A program made the translations under genes and the position numbers. Below the pieces are notes generated by a model, which was not told the origin of the DNA, made no database searches, and saw only the letters and a list, made by a program, of their open reading frames with translations. From Mytilus edulis (lineage: Eukaryota): DNA of 64,000 nt. Positions 1-13,100 of the stretch are shown piece by piece. The DNA lies in assembly GCF_963676685.1 (NCBI RefSeq), contig NC_092346.1:29822001-29886000 (forward strand). The letters run 5' to 3'. Positions within the stretch are counted from its first letter, which is position 1; the number at the start of each line of letters is the position of its first letter.

Positions 1-1146
1 ACAAATAATTAGTTGTCTCTGTCCATTATTGTGATTGAAGTTATCAATGAACACTTTAACCTAGAATGACCAAGCGAGGATTTTGACAATTCACAACTTT
101 TTCAATGAATTCCTTCTTTTTTGTTTTGTTTTATTATTGATCAAACCAAGGAGGTTATATGATCTCCTAAATCAAAAAGAAATCCAAGAATTACGTATCT
201 ATTTTTTGTGTGTTGTAATCAGCGATCCAGGAATTTACGTATACAACGAAACGTCTTTTTTTCTCTATCCACGAAAATTGATACCCACGAAAATAAATGA
301 ATCCACAGTAGTTAATTTTGGGGCCCTTTATAGCTTGCTGTTCAGTGTCAGCCAAAGCTCTGTGTTGAAGACTGTACCTTGACCTATAAGGGTTTACTTT
401 TATAAATTGTTACTTGGATGGAAAGTTGTCTCATTGGCACTAATACCACATCTTCCTATACCTATATATGATATAATTCAACAGCTACTACTATTAAAAC
501 TGTAGGTATGAACTATCTAATCAACATGATTATATTCAAGGATCAGATATTTACCTAATATCTTCTTCCTCCATTGATTTCAATAAACATGGATAACAAG
601 TTCAATTTCATAGAGATTGTAATGCAATCAATTGCTTTAATTACAGATAAATACAAATTTCTAAAGAATTTATGTATAGACTGTATCTACAAATACTTGT
701 GTCAAAATTACAACACAAAAAATTGGGACTGGAGCCAGAAGTTGTCTGGGTAACAAGGGAGATAACCATATTAATAATCCAAGTGGCTGATCTTGTATGC
801 ATGAACACTTCAAGTTTTCTTAGTATTGTATGTTTTAAATAAAACGAACTGAACCATCAGTGGCTACATATCATTATCTTTCATATTAGCAAACAATAAA
901 CAGCTTTAAAATGCTGAATTACTTTAGAAATTTCTTCTCACTAAAGACAATAAAATTCATGACCAAAGGTAATTACCGGTAAAGAAAACTTTTGTGAAAC
1001 AGTATAAAATATACACTGCATTTTGGCACTATATAAAAATGATACAGTTCTTCAGATGGTTAGTTTGAAACATGAGAAAGATAGTGTTAAAAGTTGATAA
1101 CTTAAGTCTTAATATTTTCTTATTATTTCAAGGAAAGATAACTTAC

Positions 1147-4100
1147 TGGTCTAATTTTGTCTACTAATGCATGTCCCTTGCTTTTTGTAACATTAAACTG
1201 TAGCTTGTTGAATTCATTGGCTACTCTTTCAATCAACTGCCCAGTCAGTGTTCTGCAAAGAAGTTGAATCATTTATAAAACTTAAAATCAAGATTACAAA
1301 AACCAAAAAAATTATTACAAGCCAAATTCTTCTAAAGTTTCCTTTTTGAATAGATACAGATTGATTGACCTCTGTTTGCTAAGGGGTAATTAGGTTATGC
1401 TATACAATTGAGTAAGTAAGTAAGTTAACAGAGATGAAAATAGGAAATTAGGACTGCAACTGGAAGACAAGAGGTCATTAACAGAACTTTCAAAAAGTAA
1501 TTGCAAGCATGGCAGTCTTTCAACATGGGATACACAATTTTTGCAATGACTCCTTCCTTTCAGGAGTTTCTTTACTTTGAATGTGCAGCTTTTTGATTGT
1601 AAAATGATTTTTTTAATACTGACCCAGTAGTGGACTCATTGTCTGAGATACCCAGTAGCTTCTCAATTTTCTCCACTGAGCTTATGATATTCATCAGCCT
1701 CTGTAAGCATGCCTGAAGCAGAAAAATATGTAGGCACATGTCATTCAAACCTATGTGATAAAATTATTTTTAGACAACATTTTGCATACTTTCATTTTAC
1801 ACTGAAAAAGTCTAATACTTGTACAAAGTTTATGAAATTAAATAATCAATTCTTACAAACCTTTCAGAATGAAAAGATGGAATTATTTATTTTACTTTGT
1901 TTTCATGACTTATTTCTAAGATCTAATAGTAAGGAAAATTAAAACCAACAATTAGTGAGAAACTGCTTCTTAATAAAAGGTATCAGTATTTAACCTTAGA
2001 CAACTTCACAAGATGTTTTTCTTCATTTTTTTAAAACCCTAATATGTGAAAAACATTTGCTATGGCACAAAGATAAAGATATACCAGTAGTTTAAAACAT
2101 ATACAATGGATGACAACTTTTTACACAATGGCCCCAAATTTTGTGTAACTTTTAAATTTATATACCTTTTTCTCCCTGATTTGCTCCCTTTGTTTAAGTT
2201 TTTCTTCAACAGCATGTACAGCTTCTTCCATTGCAACTTTCACAGTCTATATGAAAAGATATACAATAATTATATACCAATGTTAATTACAAACTAAAAA
2301 AATGCATATATATATAAATTCTGTTCCTGTTATTGAAAAGGGTTCAACACTTCAATAATTGTGTCAGCAGTGCTTCAAATTTTATTTCATACTTCAATGT
2401 TTAACATGTTTAAGTAAGTTATATAGTTAACATGGTTTAGAAGACAACTTCTTGTCATACATCCATAATAAACAAGTGAAACTGTGAGCTACAGTATAGC
2501 TGACTTATACATGTCATATAAACCCTGAAACCAAATTTCAGAAATCCTTGTACTGTAGTTCCTGAGAAATATGTGACAAAACATTTCAACTTGGATGTCA
2601 GGTGTAAAATGATGTAAGTGTTCGGTAAAAAGGAAATTGTTGAATGATAAGATACGAGAGTCACTGATGAGACTGTTTAGTAGACAAAACACAAGTCTGG
2701 TTTCAAAATTTTGTTTGCCTGCCCAGGTATCTAGGAGTTTTCTCTGAATTTAACATTACTTTGCAGCTATTATTCAAATAAATATTCAAATGTTTCACTT
2801 CTTCTCATCTTATCAGTCATAATCAACACTGAAAGAAGAAGAACATAGTACTTACCATAACTTGGTCTTTCATTTCTCCCAATGGCACTGTTAGATTAGT
2901 GATAGCTTTATCCATTCCAACCTGAAAAGATGCTCTAGATTGTACATGTATGTGATGTAAAAAAAAAAGACTCAATGTTTGCTTTAAAGAGAATGCCATG
3001 TTTACATGCATAATATACATAAAAAGTATACCATTTTTTCAACTAATAAATTCAAATGTAAGAATTCCAATAGAAAATTGTATCAAAGCTTTTATCACTG
3101 TGCACATGTTTGGTTTAAAATTTCCTTCCTATGATTTTTCATTTTTCATCAGGTTTAGTTGTTTAAGATATATTTTGTAAGACATGATATGATATTCCAA
3201 ATCTGTGTAAAGGATCAAAATGATACATTTTGAATAAATGCTATTGAATGACACATTTTTACTAATAATTTGTTTACCTTGAAAAATTTTGATGGAATGC
3301 CTATAATTGTTTGACAGTAATGTACATGTACAAAAATGTACATTCAAAGTTTAACTGCAAACCGACTTATTTTTCACTGGTACATTTTTTGCATTAATCT
3401 CTTTCTAAGTGATTTGATTTACTTTATGATTATTGTAACTTTGTTGATGTAGTCACAAAAGGGATGATATAATCTCCATTCCTTATACATTTGAACCTCT
3501 GGCTTACCAAAGAACCAACCATTCAATCAATTCATATTTGAAATGCCTAGTAAATCAACTATATATCTAGCAACAACCTTACCAAATTTGTAGATAAATT
3601 GACAAAATCAGCATAGTCTTTATTAATAAGTTCTATCATGGCACTGCGGAGTATTTTCAAGTAGGTGTTCAGGTCATCTCTCAATGTCTCTAGTGGTACT
3701 CTTCTCCTGCATTCCATCACAAAATTATCTACATCAAATCCATCCTGTAAATAAAAAGTGGCTCAAATCAGATTACTCCTGATAAAATTTGCAACCCTTC
3801 TCTCAAAGCTTGAAAAAGATTAAAAATGAAAGAACAATGTGTCTGAGGATACAAATGCCCCTGCTCATGCTTGAAATAAATGTTTTAAAAAATGTGACAT
3901 ATAGACTGAAAGATGGAAGGTCAAGGGTACACGTAATGCCCTGTCTCCTATGGTAGTATTGGCAGAGGCATACAAATTATTTTCTCTACATATCTGTACC
4001 TGTCAGACAACATTCAATAGCATATGAATTTTTGCATATAAATTATTTGTATATTGCATTACCGAAATGTATAATGATGAGTAGAACAAACTGGAATCCA

Positions 4101-6177
4101 TAACCCATAACACAAATAACCGATGATAGTCCGTCGGAAGGGGACGATAAATGGCTGACCTGTGTGAAGAGAGAGCCATATCTCTTGCACGTTAAAGACA
4201 CCCTTGTAGATTTCGAAAAAAGAGGGGGCTAATGCCGCTACAAGGCAGCACTCGCACCCGCAAAGTGGAAAGGGATTAATATAAGTTGCAAAACTTGTTT
4301 CCCAATCCACTATAAATAAATATGTTTAAACTAAATAACCTTCCGACATCATCACAGCTACACATACATGTACATTTATATCTTGTCATATGTTTTAAAT
4401 TTCGATGCAATAACTTGTGACAACAATTAGTGTTTTAAATAATGGCACACTAATCTGCATACAAGTGTAAATTATTTATGTTCCAATAAATAATGAAAAT
4501 CAGACTGACTGGCACAACCCGCAATATGGCTCAAATTTATTATATTATACAGAGAAAATGGACCCATTGAGATATAGTCCGAGATTACTCTGACGTCCAA
4601 CAGCTGTTTTGCCAGACAAGCTGGGGCCGTGGGACATCAGAGCTCGTCCCATATCAAAAAGTGGATATTTGCCCGTCCAAAATAGATGCGCTGCTTCATC
4701 GCTTCGTCCCTTCGGGTGCCAACGGCCGGCCTTGGAATTATATAAATCAGGTATCAATTTGTTCATTTTTCATTTATCTCTTCATTTATGTAAGTTTCAC
4801 CTACCTGCCACCCTTTATTATCACATATTTAGACAGTTTTCACAGTGACCCACCGATTCTGGCATTTTGACTTTCATTTTGAAAGATTGTCATGTGATCA
4901 CGAGAAAAATGTAAGGCACAATGGACTATGGGAAATGATGTATGCATATGACCCTAGGTCAATTAGCCTGGGGTCCTGGCTAATCTTGTCAGTATAGCAA
5001 GGCGTGTATCAATAAACTGCCTGTTAATGATTGGTTAATACTAATTTTGTCGCGCAATGTTTGTTTAACATCTGTATCCAATCAGTTCTTGTTTAACATC
5101 AATTAGTAAAAATTAGACTGTAATTATTTTTCTTTATGAATTGATGTATAGTGTTATCATATCTAATTATTAGTATGATGATAATTAGTAAGCAGAAAAG
5201 GGTTAATTCTTATCAGCAATCGCCTGGTGAGAAAGTTAAAAGTTTAAGATTTCATATAACCAAGGTGTGAATTGGATTTCAATTTTGCTGGTTTACATCA
5301 AACATCAAATTTATGCAAATATTTATTCAGCCTCCCTTTAGATTCAGAGTCAACTGGCACTGAATCGATCACATGGTATTTGTTCCCCACCTGGCCCTTG
5401 CGATGCGCAGCTAGATTGGGCCGGTGTTCCAGGCTATAGGTCAATATGAATATATAATCTAACACCTCGCTCATTTACAATACAAGCAACGTCAATATCC
5501 GAGAGCTTCCGAATGTTAACGTGGTTGGTACTAAATGCTTAATACTGATCTCCTGTAAAGGAGGTGAAAAAAGTATAAATATTTGCATATTTGAGTCTCG
5601 AGGTCTCGTAACATGACGTCCATTTGAAAATAAAAGTAAAAATGTCTGAACCGATGGGTCACTGTGAAAACTGTCTAAGCATGAGAAAATAAAGGGTGGC
5701 AGGTAGGTGAAACATACATAAATGAAGAGATAAATGAAAAATGAACAAATTGATACCTGATTTATATAATTCCAAGGCCGTCCGTTGGCACCAGAAGCGA
5801 CGAAGCAGCGCATCTATTTTGGACGGGCAAATATCCACTTTTTGATATGGGACGAGCTCTGACGTCCCACGGCCCCAGCTTGTCTGGCAAAACAGCCGTT
5901 GGACGTCAGAGTAATCTCGGACTAATTGAGACATTGTTACTTTTGTACAATAGGGTGCATTTTAAACCTCAGTTTTGTCTTATGCTTTTTGAACCTTTCC
6001 TGAAAACTGAGTAAGTTCTGCCACCAATATTAGAGATTTAAAATGACATACAGGTTGAGAGCTGAGAGTTTATTTATGAACAGCAAGCAATATTACCTTC
6101 ATAAAGACATCTTTGTCAAAGCACAGAGACGCAGGACCACTAGGAAGTGGTACTGCTTTATTTGGGTCTCCTGTCAT
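1147..6177 (-). CDS. COG2: Conserved oligomeric Golgi complex subunit 2, exons 1-6 (3' part lies outside the window)
   Basis: Exons 6177-6097, 3744-3583, 2921-2856, 2246-2166, 1712-1624, 1252-1147; all GT-AG and phase-consistent. Translation MTGDPNKAVPLPSGPASLCFDKDVFMK/DGFDVDNFVMECRRRVPLETLRDDLNTYLKILRSAMIELINKDYADFVNLSTNL/VGMDKAITNLTVPLGEMKDQVM/.../LTGQLIERVANEFNKLQF matches the recognisable COG2 N-terminus (LCFDKD, ELINKDYADFVNLSTNLVGMDKA). Confidence 0.95.
4122..4332 (+). mobile_element. 5'-truncated SINE (Meta-domain-like core) in COG2 intron 1
   Basis: GTCCGTCGGAAGGGGACGATAAA...GCACGTTAAAGA core and AT-rich tail, flanked by the direct repeat AAATAACC (4114-4121 and 4333-4340). Confidence 0.6.
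4575..5924. mobile_element. Non-autonomous DNA transposon with ~330-bp TIRs and 9-bp TSD (AcademH-like)
   Basis: Termini TAGTCCGAGATTACTCTGACG...CGTCAGAGTAATCTCGGACTA; arms ~4575-4905 and ~5600-5924; TSD ATTGAGATA (4566-4574) / ATTGAGACA (5925-5933). No transposase ORF. Confidence 0.8.
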
Positions 6178-6424
6178 GGTCCCAACTTGTTTTGCACTGC
6201 TGGCAGGACGGGGAATAACTCTTGGCATAACCGGATGTAAATTCGTTGCTCAAACTAAAAACCCAAAACTCATTCAATGGAGTGTAGACAAACACCTTTT
6301 TTTTTACTTAAAAAAATATATATACTCAGAGAAACAGATGATTTAATATTTGAAAACTTCTTTCATCCGCTAATGTTTCGTATTTAAACAATGTGACACA
6401 TGATCATAACTTTATTCTTTGAGT

Positions 6425-6569
6425 AAAATGAAAGTCTACTCGGAATTCTTCAGGATTTTTCTTCTTTAAATCAAAACGAAAGTAGGGAATTCCCAAAAAA
6501 TATAACCACTTGTCTCGTGAGTCACAGAAAATAAAAACAAGAGTCCAACTTGAGCTCAAGGACACAAGT
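6425..6569 (+). promoter_or_regulatory. Putative immune-inducible promoter and non-coding exon 1 of the TIR-like/death-domain gene, divergent from COG2
   Basis: IRF-like AAAATGAAAGT (6425-6435) and AAAACGAAAGT (6473-6483); perfect palindromic kB site GGGAATTCCC (6485-6494); TATAA (6501-6505); AP-1 TGAGTCA (6518-6524); splice donor AA/GTAAGA at 6568. Confidence 0.6.
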
Positions 6570-7186
6570 AAGATATATAGAGTTATTTTCATTTTTGAAG
6601 ATTATTCAAATATGTGGTTTGCATTTGATGACACTGTCATAGACATCTTAATTTGCCTTTAAAAACAGAGACATAGCGACTTCTTCCCCCTAATCCCATG
6701 TGACACGAATTGCTTTTTTTCGGGATGGGCATGGATCATAATAATCCATTTCGGATATTATAGTTTAAATGGGGTATATATTTTTAATGCAAAATATATC
6801 ATTTTGTAATCAAGCAAAGCTATTTTCACTGCATTTGTTTAGAATAACTACAATATAGAAATTTTGGTAGGCAACTTTGCCAGAAAATGAATTAGTTGCA
6901 AAATTGTTTCATTCGAAAATCCAGGGAATCAAACTCATCAACATTCTGGTACATATAATAGAAATAAGTTGCTGATTAAAAGTTTTTGCATTTATTAAAT
7001 AAATTATATACTTAGCAAACTTCAATGTGCAGTAGTGCACACATAAAACATGCACCTGATCTCTTCCAAATTATTTCACACTAGAGTTGTTTATTTACCT
7101 TACTATGAATGTTTGTTTTAATACTTGCAGCCAAAGATTTTTGAAAAGGCTGGTTAAAAGGGTATGAAAACACTGCAAGAGTAAAG

Positions 7187-10100
7187 ATGGAGATAATTTG
7201 TTCATGTCATGAAGCTACCAGTAGAAGAGTAAAGCATATACAAGAGATTTGTACAGGAAAGGATATATCTGTAACTGTTAGGCAGTGTAGAGGTATGTAT
7301 TGTTAAGTTTTTTAAGTGGCAAAACTGTAATTTCAAATGTGTAGGTTTTTATTCCCCTTTTGCATGCTTTCTTTCTGTTCATATTTTCTAAATCTCTAAC
7401 AATGGAGTGTAAGAAAAAAATCTTATTTTTGGCATCTCTTTAAAAATCATTTGACAGAAATTGTGAAATAGTTTTGCAGATCATGATTTTGCCATATGTT
7501 CTATTGCTATTTTGTTTGCTATCTTGTCAATTACAGATTAACTCTATAAAAATTGCCTGGTCAAATTTAAACCAAACTTATTACAAAAAGTCCTTGCAAT
7601 ATACATGTTGAGCTGAAAATTTTGTATTTATAAAAGTAGTCACCTTTTTTTATAAGTAATGAATTATTTGGTCTCACAAAACATATACTTTTTTGTATTT
7701 TTTATTTATAGGAGTGATTATTTGTATTTTTACCAATAGCAAAATCAAACTTTATTTTTCAGGAATTGAAGATGCTAAAAAGTTGGAAGTAGATGTAAAT
7801 AAATGTTGTGTGCTCATACTAGATGATGAATTGGTTGACTTATTAGAAAGTTGTGGAAAACTTGTTGCCAAAATACTAAGTATGAATGGTGGATTTTAGA
7901 CTTGTAACAAGGGTGAATTATGGGAAAGGGCACTTATCATTTTATCCTTCAGTTTATTGGATGTTTATTGGTTATTCTCTTTTTCTTTTAATCAGATCTT
8001 CAGAAACGACCACTAACTATCATATTTTATTTACAGTGTTTAATTTAAACTCCCTTAATTTGCAATTAATTCTGAAAAAATCTTGAAAATGAAATTTAAA
8101 AGTGTTTACATCATTTCAAAACAGAGTTTATAAAGAAATGATTAGAAAAAGCACATATAAACCCTTCAAAGAGCTTTTTTTTATGAATATGGCCAATCAT
8201 CAATAGAACTGAGTAGCCTAACAACACAATGGAAAACCAATGAAAAGTCATCTAGATTCCAGTCTTCCAAGATAACAAAATTTATGAATCCAACCACATT
8301 TAGGCCCTGGGTACAACTTATATGTTATTTGTTTTAAAAAATATAAAGTAAAAATATATTTTCTGTCAATGCATGTACATGTACTATGATTTTTCCAGTC
8401 CTGAAAAGTAATTTTTATTAGCCTGCTTTCATTTGCTATATCGGAAATTTGAAATTGTTGCCAATTCTTAACTTTGATTCATTTTGATGATTGCTATCAA
8501 TATTAATTTGAAATTTCGCCGTATTGTGGTCTATTTTGACCTACAATCTATACTTTTCAGGGATGACATCCAAGCCTAACAAGTTGATATATTTCAAAGT
8601 TGTTACTGATGAAAAGATGGAAATGTTTGCAACTGACGAATGTGAATGGAGACGATGTGTTAACTCTGAGGAGGAACTGATCAAAATTTATACAACGAAA
8701 ATATGTAAATCTCCGACAGAGTCTGATGGTAGGTACAGAAAATATTTTAATGAAAAAAAAACGTTCAGTTCTTTTAAACATTAAATGATTTAATTTTAAT
8801 GTATGAAGAAATTTATGACCTGTATACCAGCAGTGAGAGATGAGAAAAATTTAAATGGAAACAGTAAGGAAGAATTTTAGATTTGAGTTCTGGTGTGGTG
8901 ATTTAGATATTGCTTTAAAATTGTTGTGTTGTTTATTTGTTGAAACTTATTCACAAGTTTTTGTTTTGAATTGAGGGAGTCAAAAAACGGCATAATTTAT
9001 CACAATTTTTTTTAAAGAAAAATGTACATTTAACAGTAAGGCCAAGGGATTTGCGTCATACCAATACATCTAGTTGATTATTACATCACCATGTTCCAAC
9101 TTTTTCTGTCATTTAAACATAGATTTATTTAAGAACAGAGTTGGGGTAAATGTTTTTGATTTTTTCATATGTTATATTCTTTCACAATTTCAGAAACAAC
9201 AAATACATGTCAAACAATGCAGTCACTGAGCTTGCAGAGTGCAGAGCCTTTGTCCAATTCGTCTTTTACAAATGAACCAGCTGTGAACCAGTCATTGAAA
9301 ATTACTCATGCAAGTATGTATCTGCAAAGTTTGTCAATATTGTGGATTCATCATTATTTGTTGGATATCAATCTCGAGGATCACAATAGATGAACCACAA
9401 ATTAGAAATGTTTCAACGAAGTATAAATTTAATTTATGCTTGTATGCAGACTATGGCAAAACAACTAAATCAAATATTCACAAAAATGGTACTTAGAAAT
9501 AGATAAATCCACAATGTAGTAACATTAAACAAGTGAATATCATGTTTTTGTAAAATTGGTTAATATTGTGTGTTATAAGTCTGATTATCTCCCTTGACTT
9601 TCTGGGAACTTTGTATTAATTTGTTTCAAAGAATAGAAATTTTTGGTGTCCATGTTGATTTGCATTTATTTTTGTAGGACCAGAAGCTGTAGAAAGTAGA
9701 CATTCATTCTCCAGTGGTGATGACAATCATGATGAGAAACAATGCCAGAATGACTTAAAAGGGCAAGCTGTGGAGGGAGATATTCAAAAGTCAAAGAGTG
9801 AACAAAATCTTGGTATGTTCATACATTTGATTAGCTGATATTGTGTGTAAATCTAGTACAATGCAGATTTGTATTCATGTCCCATTAACATTTATTTATG
9901 ATTTGCCACTGGACTCTATTAAAAGAGCCATCCTTTATCATCCTGATCACAGATGTCTAGTCAGTCAAACTTCATTACAGCTTCTTCAGTTCTGATGATT
10001 TTTGCATTAAATAGCAGTATCTGTTAGAAGATCAATAAGTTTTCCTAAAAATACATGTACATGTGTTGTCTACAATCTCATCTTCAAATTTTAAAACCAG

Positions 10101-13100
10101 AAAAAGCAAAGTCCATGTTTTGATATTGGAAACATCAAAAAATCATTCAGATCTCAAATTAAAATAGACAATACACAACACAATGTCCATTAGAAGAATC
10201 TGTACAATTTTGAGGGAATTTTGGTAAGCTATTTTAGTAGTTGTGGATTAATTAACTTACTGATACATTAAATGGGTTTTACTCATTGTTGAAGGTCTTA
10301 ATACCGTCTTATGGTGACCTGTAGTTGTTAATTTCTGTGTCATTTGGTGTCTTAGATTAAGCCGTTACATTTTGGATTACAATGATGTGCCATCAAACGG
10401 TAGATAAAATTGACGCAAATTCCTACTACATCATTTTTGATTGATTGCAGCACTTGAACTCTCTTCAATGTAGAGGTGAAAAAATAATTGTGTCTGTTGT
10501 TTTCAAATAGAAAAATATACGTTGAAATTTCAACATTTCAGCTAAAAGGATACCCAGGAATTTTTATTAGCAGATAAAGAACTTTGAAATTGTCACTAAA
10601 CATCATCCTATTTTTAGCTCACCTGGCCCGAAGGGCCAAGTGAGCTTTTCCCATCACTTGGTGTCCAGTCATGGGCGATGGAGTCTGGACGCCATGGCTA
10701 AAAATAGAACATAGGGGTAAAATGCAGTTTTTGGCTTATAACTCAAAAACCAAAGCATTTAGAGCAAATCTGACATGGGGTAAAATTGTTTATTAGGTCA
10801 AGATCTATCTGCCTTCAAATTTTCAGATGAATCCGACAACCTGTTATTGGGTTGCTGCCCCTGAACTGGTAATTTTAGGGAATTTTTGCTGTTTTTGGCT
10901 ATTATCTTGAATATTATTATAGATAGAGATAAACTGTAAACAGCAATAATGTTCAGCAAAGTAAGATTTACAAATAAGTCAACATGACCAAAATGGTCAG
11001 TTGACCCCTTTAGGAGTTATTGACCTTTATAGTCAATTTTTAATCATTTTTCGTAAATCTTAGTAATCTTTTACAAAAATCTTCTCCTTTGAAACTACTG
11101 GGCCAAATTAATCCAAACTGGGCCACAATCATCTTTGGGATATCTTGTTTGAAAAATGTGTGGCCTGACCCGGCCAACCAACCAAGATGGCCACCATGGC
11201 TAAAAATAGAACATAGGGGTAAAATGCAGTTTATGGCTTATAACTCAAAAACAAAGCTTTTAGAGCAAATCTGACATGCGGTAAAAGTGTTTATTAGGTC
11301 AAGATCTATCTGTCCTGATGTTTTCACATGGATCGGACAACCAGTTGTTAGGTTACTGTCCTGAATTGGTAATTTTAAGGAAATTTTGCCGTTTTTATAC
11401 GACCGCAAAAATTTTAATTTTTTGGTCGTATATTGCTATCACGTTGGCGTCGTCGTCGTCGTCGTCGTTGTTGTCCGAATACTTTTAGTTTTCGCACTCT
11501 AACTTTAGTAAAAGTGAATAGAAATCAATGAAATTTTAACACAAGGTTTATGACCACAAAAGGAAGGTCGGGATTGATTTTTGGAGTTGAGGTCACAACA
11601 GTTTATGAATTAGGGGCCAAAAAGGGGCCCAAATAAGCATTATTTTTGGTTTTCGCACAATAACTTTAGTATAAGTAAATAGAAATCCATGAAATTTATA
11701 CACAAGGTTTATGACCATAAAAGGAAGGTTTTATGACCACAAAAGGAAGGTTGGGTTTGATTTTGGGAGTTTTGGTCCCAACAGTTTAGGAATAAGGGGT
11801 CCAAAGGGTCCAAAATTGAACTTTGTGTGATTCATCAAAAATTGAATAATTGGGGTTCTTTGATATGTCGAATCTAACTATGTATGTAGATTCTTAATTT
11901 TTGGTCCCGTTTTCAAATTGGTCTACATTAAGGTCCAAAGGGTCCAAAATTAAACTTAGTTTGATTTTAACAAAAATTGAATCCTTGGAGTTCTTTGATA
12001 TGCTGAATTTAAAAATGTAATTAGATTTTTAATTATTGGCCTAGTTTTCAAGTTGGTCCAAATGGGGGTCCAAAATTATACTTTGTTTGATTTCATCAAA
12101 AATTGAATAAATGGGTTCTTTGATATGCCAAATCTAACTGTGTATGTAGATTCTTAATCTTTAGTCCAGTTTTCAAATTGGTCTACATTAAGGTCCAAAG
12201 GGTCCAAAATTAAACTAAGTTTGATTTTAACAAAAATTAAATTCTTTGGCTTATTTGATATGCTTTATCTAAATATGTACTTTGATTTTTGATTATGGGC
12301 CCAGTTTTCAAGTTGGTCCAAATCAGGATTCCATATCAAGTATTGTGCAATAGCAAGATATTTTCAATTGCACAGTATTGTGCAATAGCAATTAATTTTC
12401 AATTGGAGTTATCTTTCTTTGTATAGAATAGTAGTTGATAATATATGTTGGAAATTTGCCAGACATGACTATGATGTCATTTTGTATTTTTATTTGCCAA
12501 TAACTTTATGTAAATAACTTCATTGGAAATTTGCCAATATAAAATGTTGCTGATGAAGCTTTTTTTCCTTATCTTATCTAAAATGTTTTTAGATAATGTA
12601 TGTTGGACATTTGCCAGACATGACTATGATGTCATTTTCTATTTTTATTTGCCAATAACTTTATGTAAATAACTTCATTGGAAATTTGCCAATATAAAAT
12701 GTTGCTGATGAAGTTTTTTTTATTGTTTTATACAATAAACAATGTATATTCACTTTTACTACCAACCAATCTTTACCATTCAGTGATAACAAGCACTTTA
12801 TTTTACATTTTAATATTTTATGATGTATTTAAAAGAGTTGTTATTGTTGCAAACTCCATTAGAAATTTGAATTGATATCAGTTTTGAAAAAAGGGAAACG
12901 GGGATGTGAAAAAAAAGGGGGAGGGGGTTTAAATTTTTCTCATTTCAGATTTCATAAATAAAAAGAAAATTTCTTCAAACATTTTTTTGAGAAGATTAAT
13001 ATTCAACAGCATAGTGAATTGCTCAAAGGCAATAAAAAAACTTTTAAGTTCATTAGACCACATTCATTCTGTGTCAGAAACCTATGCTGTGTCAACTATT

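Noticed and set aside
555-660. Minus-strand AG...GT-bounded segment as a possible COG2 exon 7
   Set aside because: It has a stop codon in the required phase and no similarity to the expected COG2 continuation.
4545-5934. Near-identical small ORFs on opposite strands (4609-4848, 4661-4870, 5475-5813, 5659-5934)
   Set aside because: They are translations of the two TIR arms of a non-autonomous transposon, not paralogous genes.
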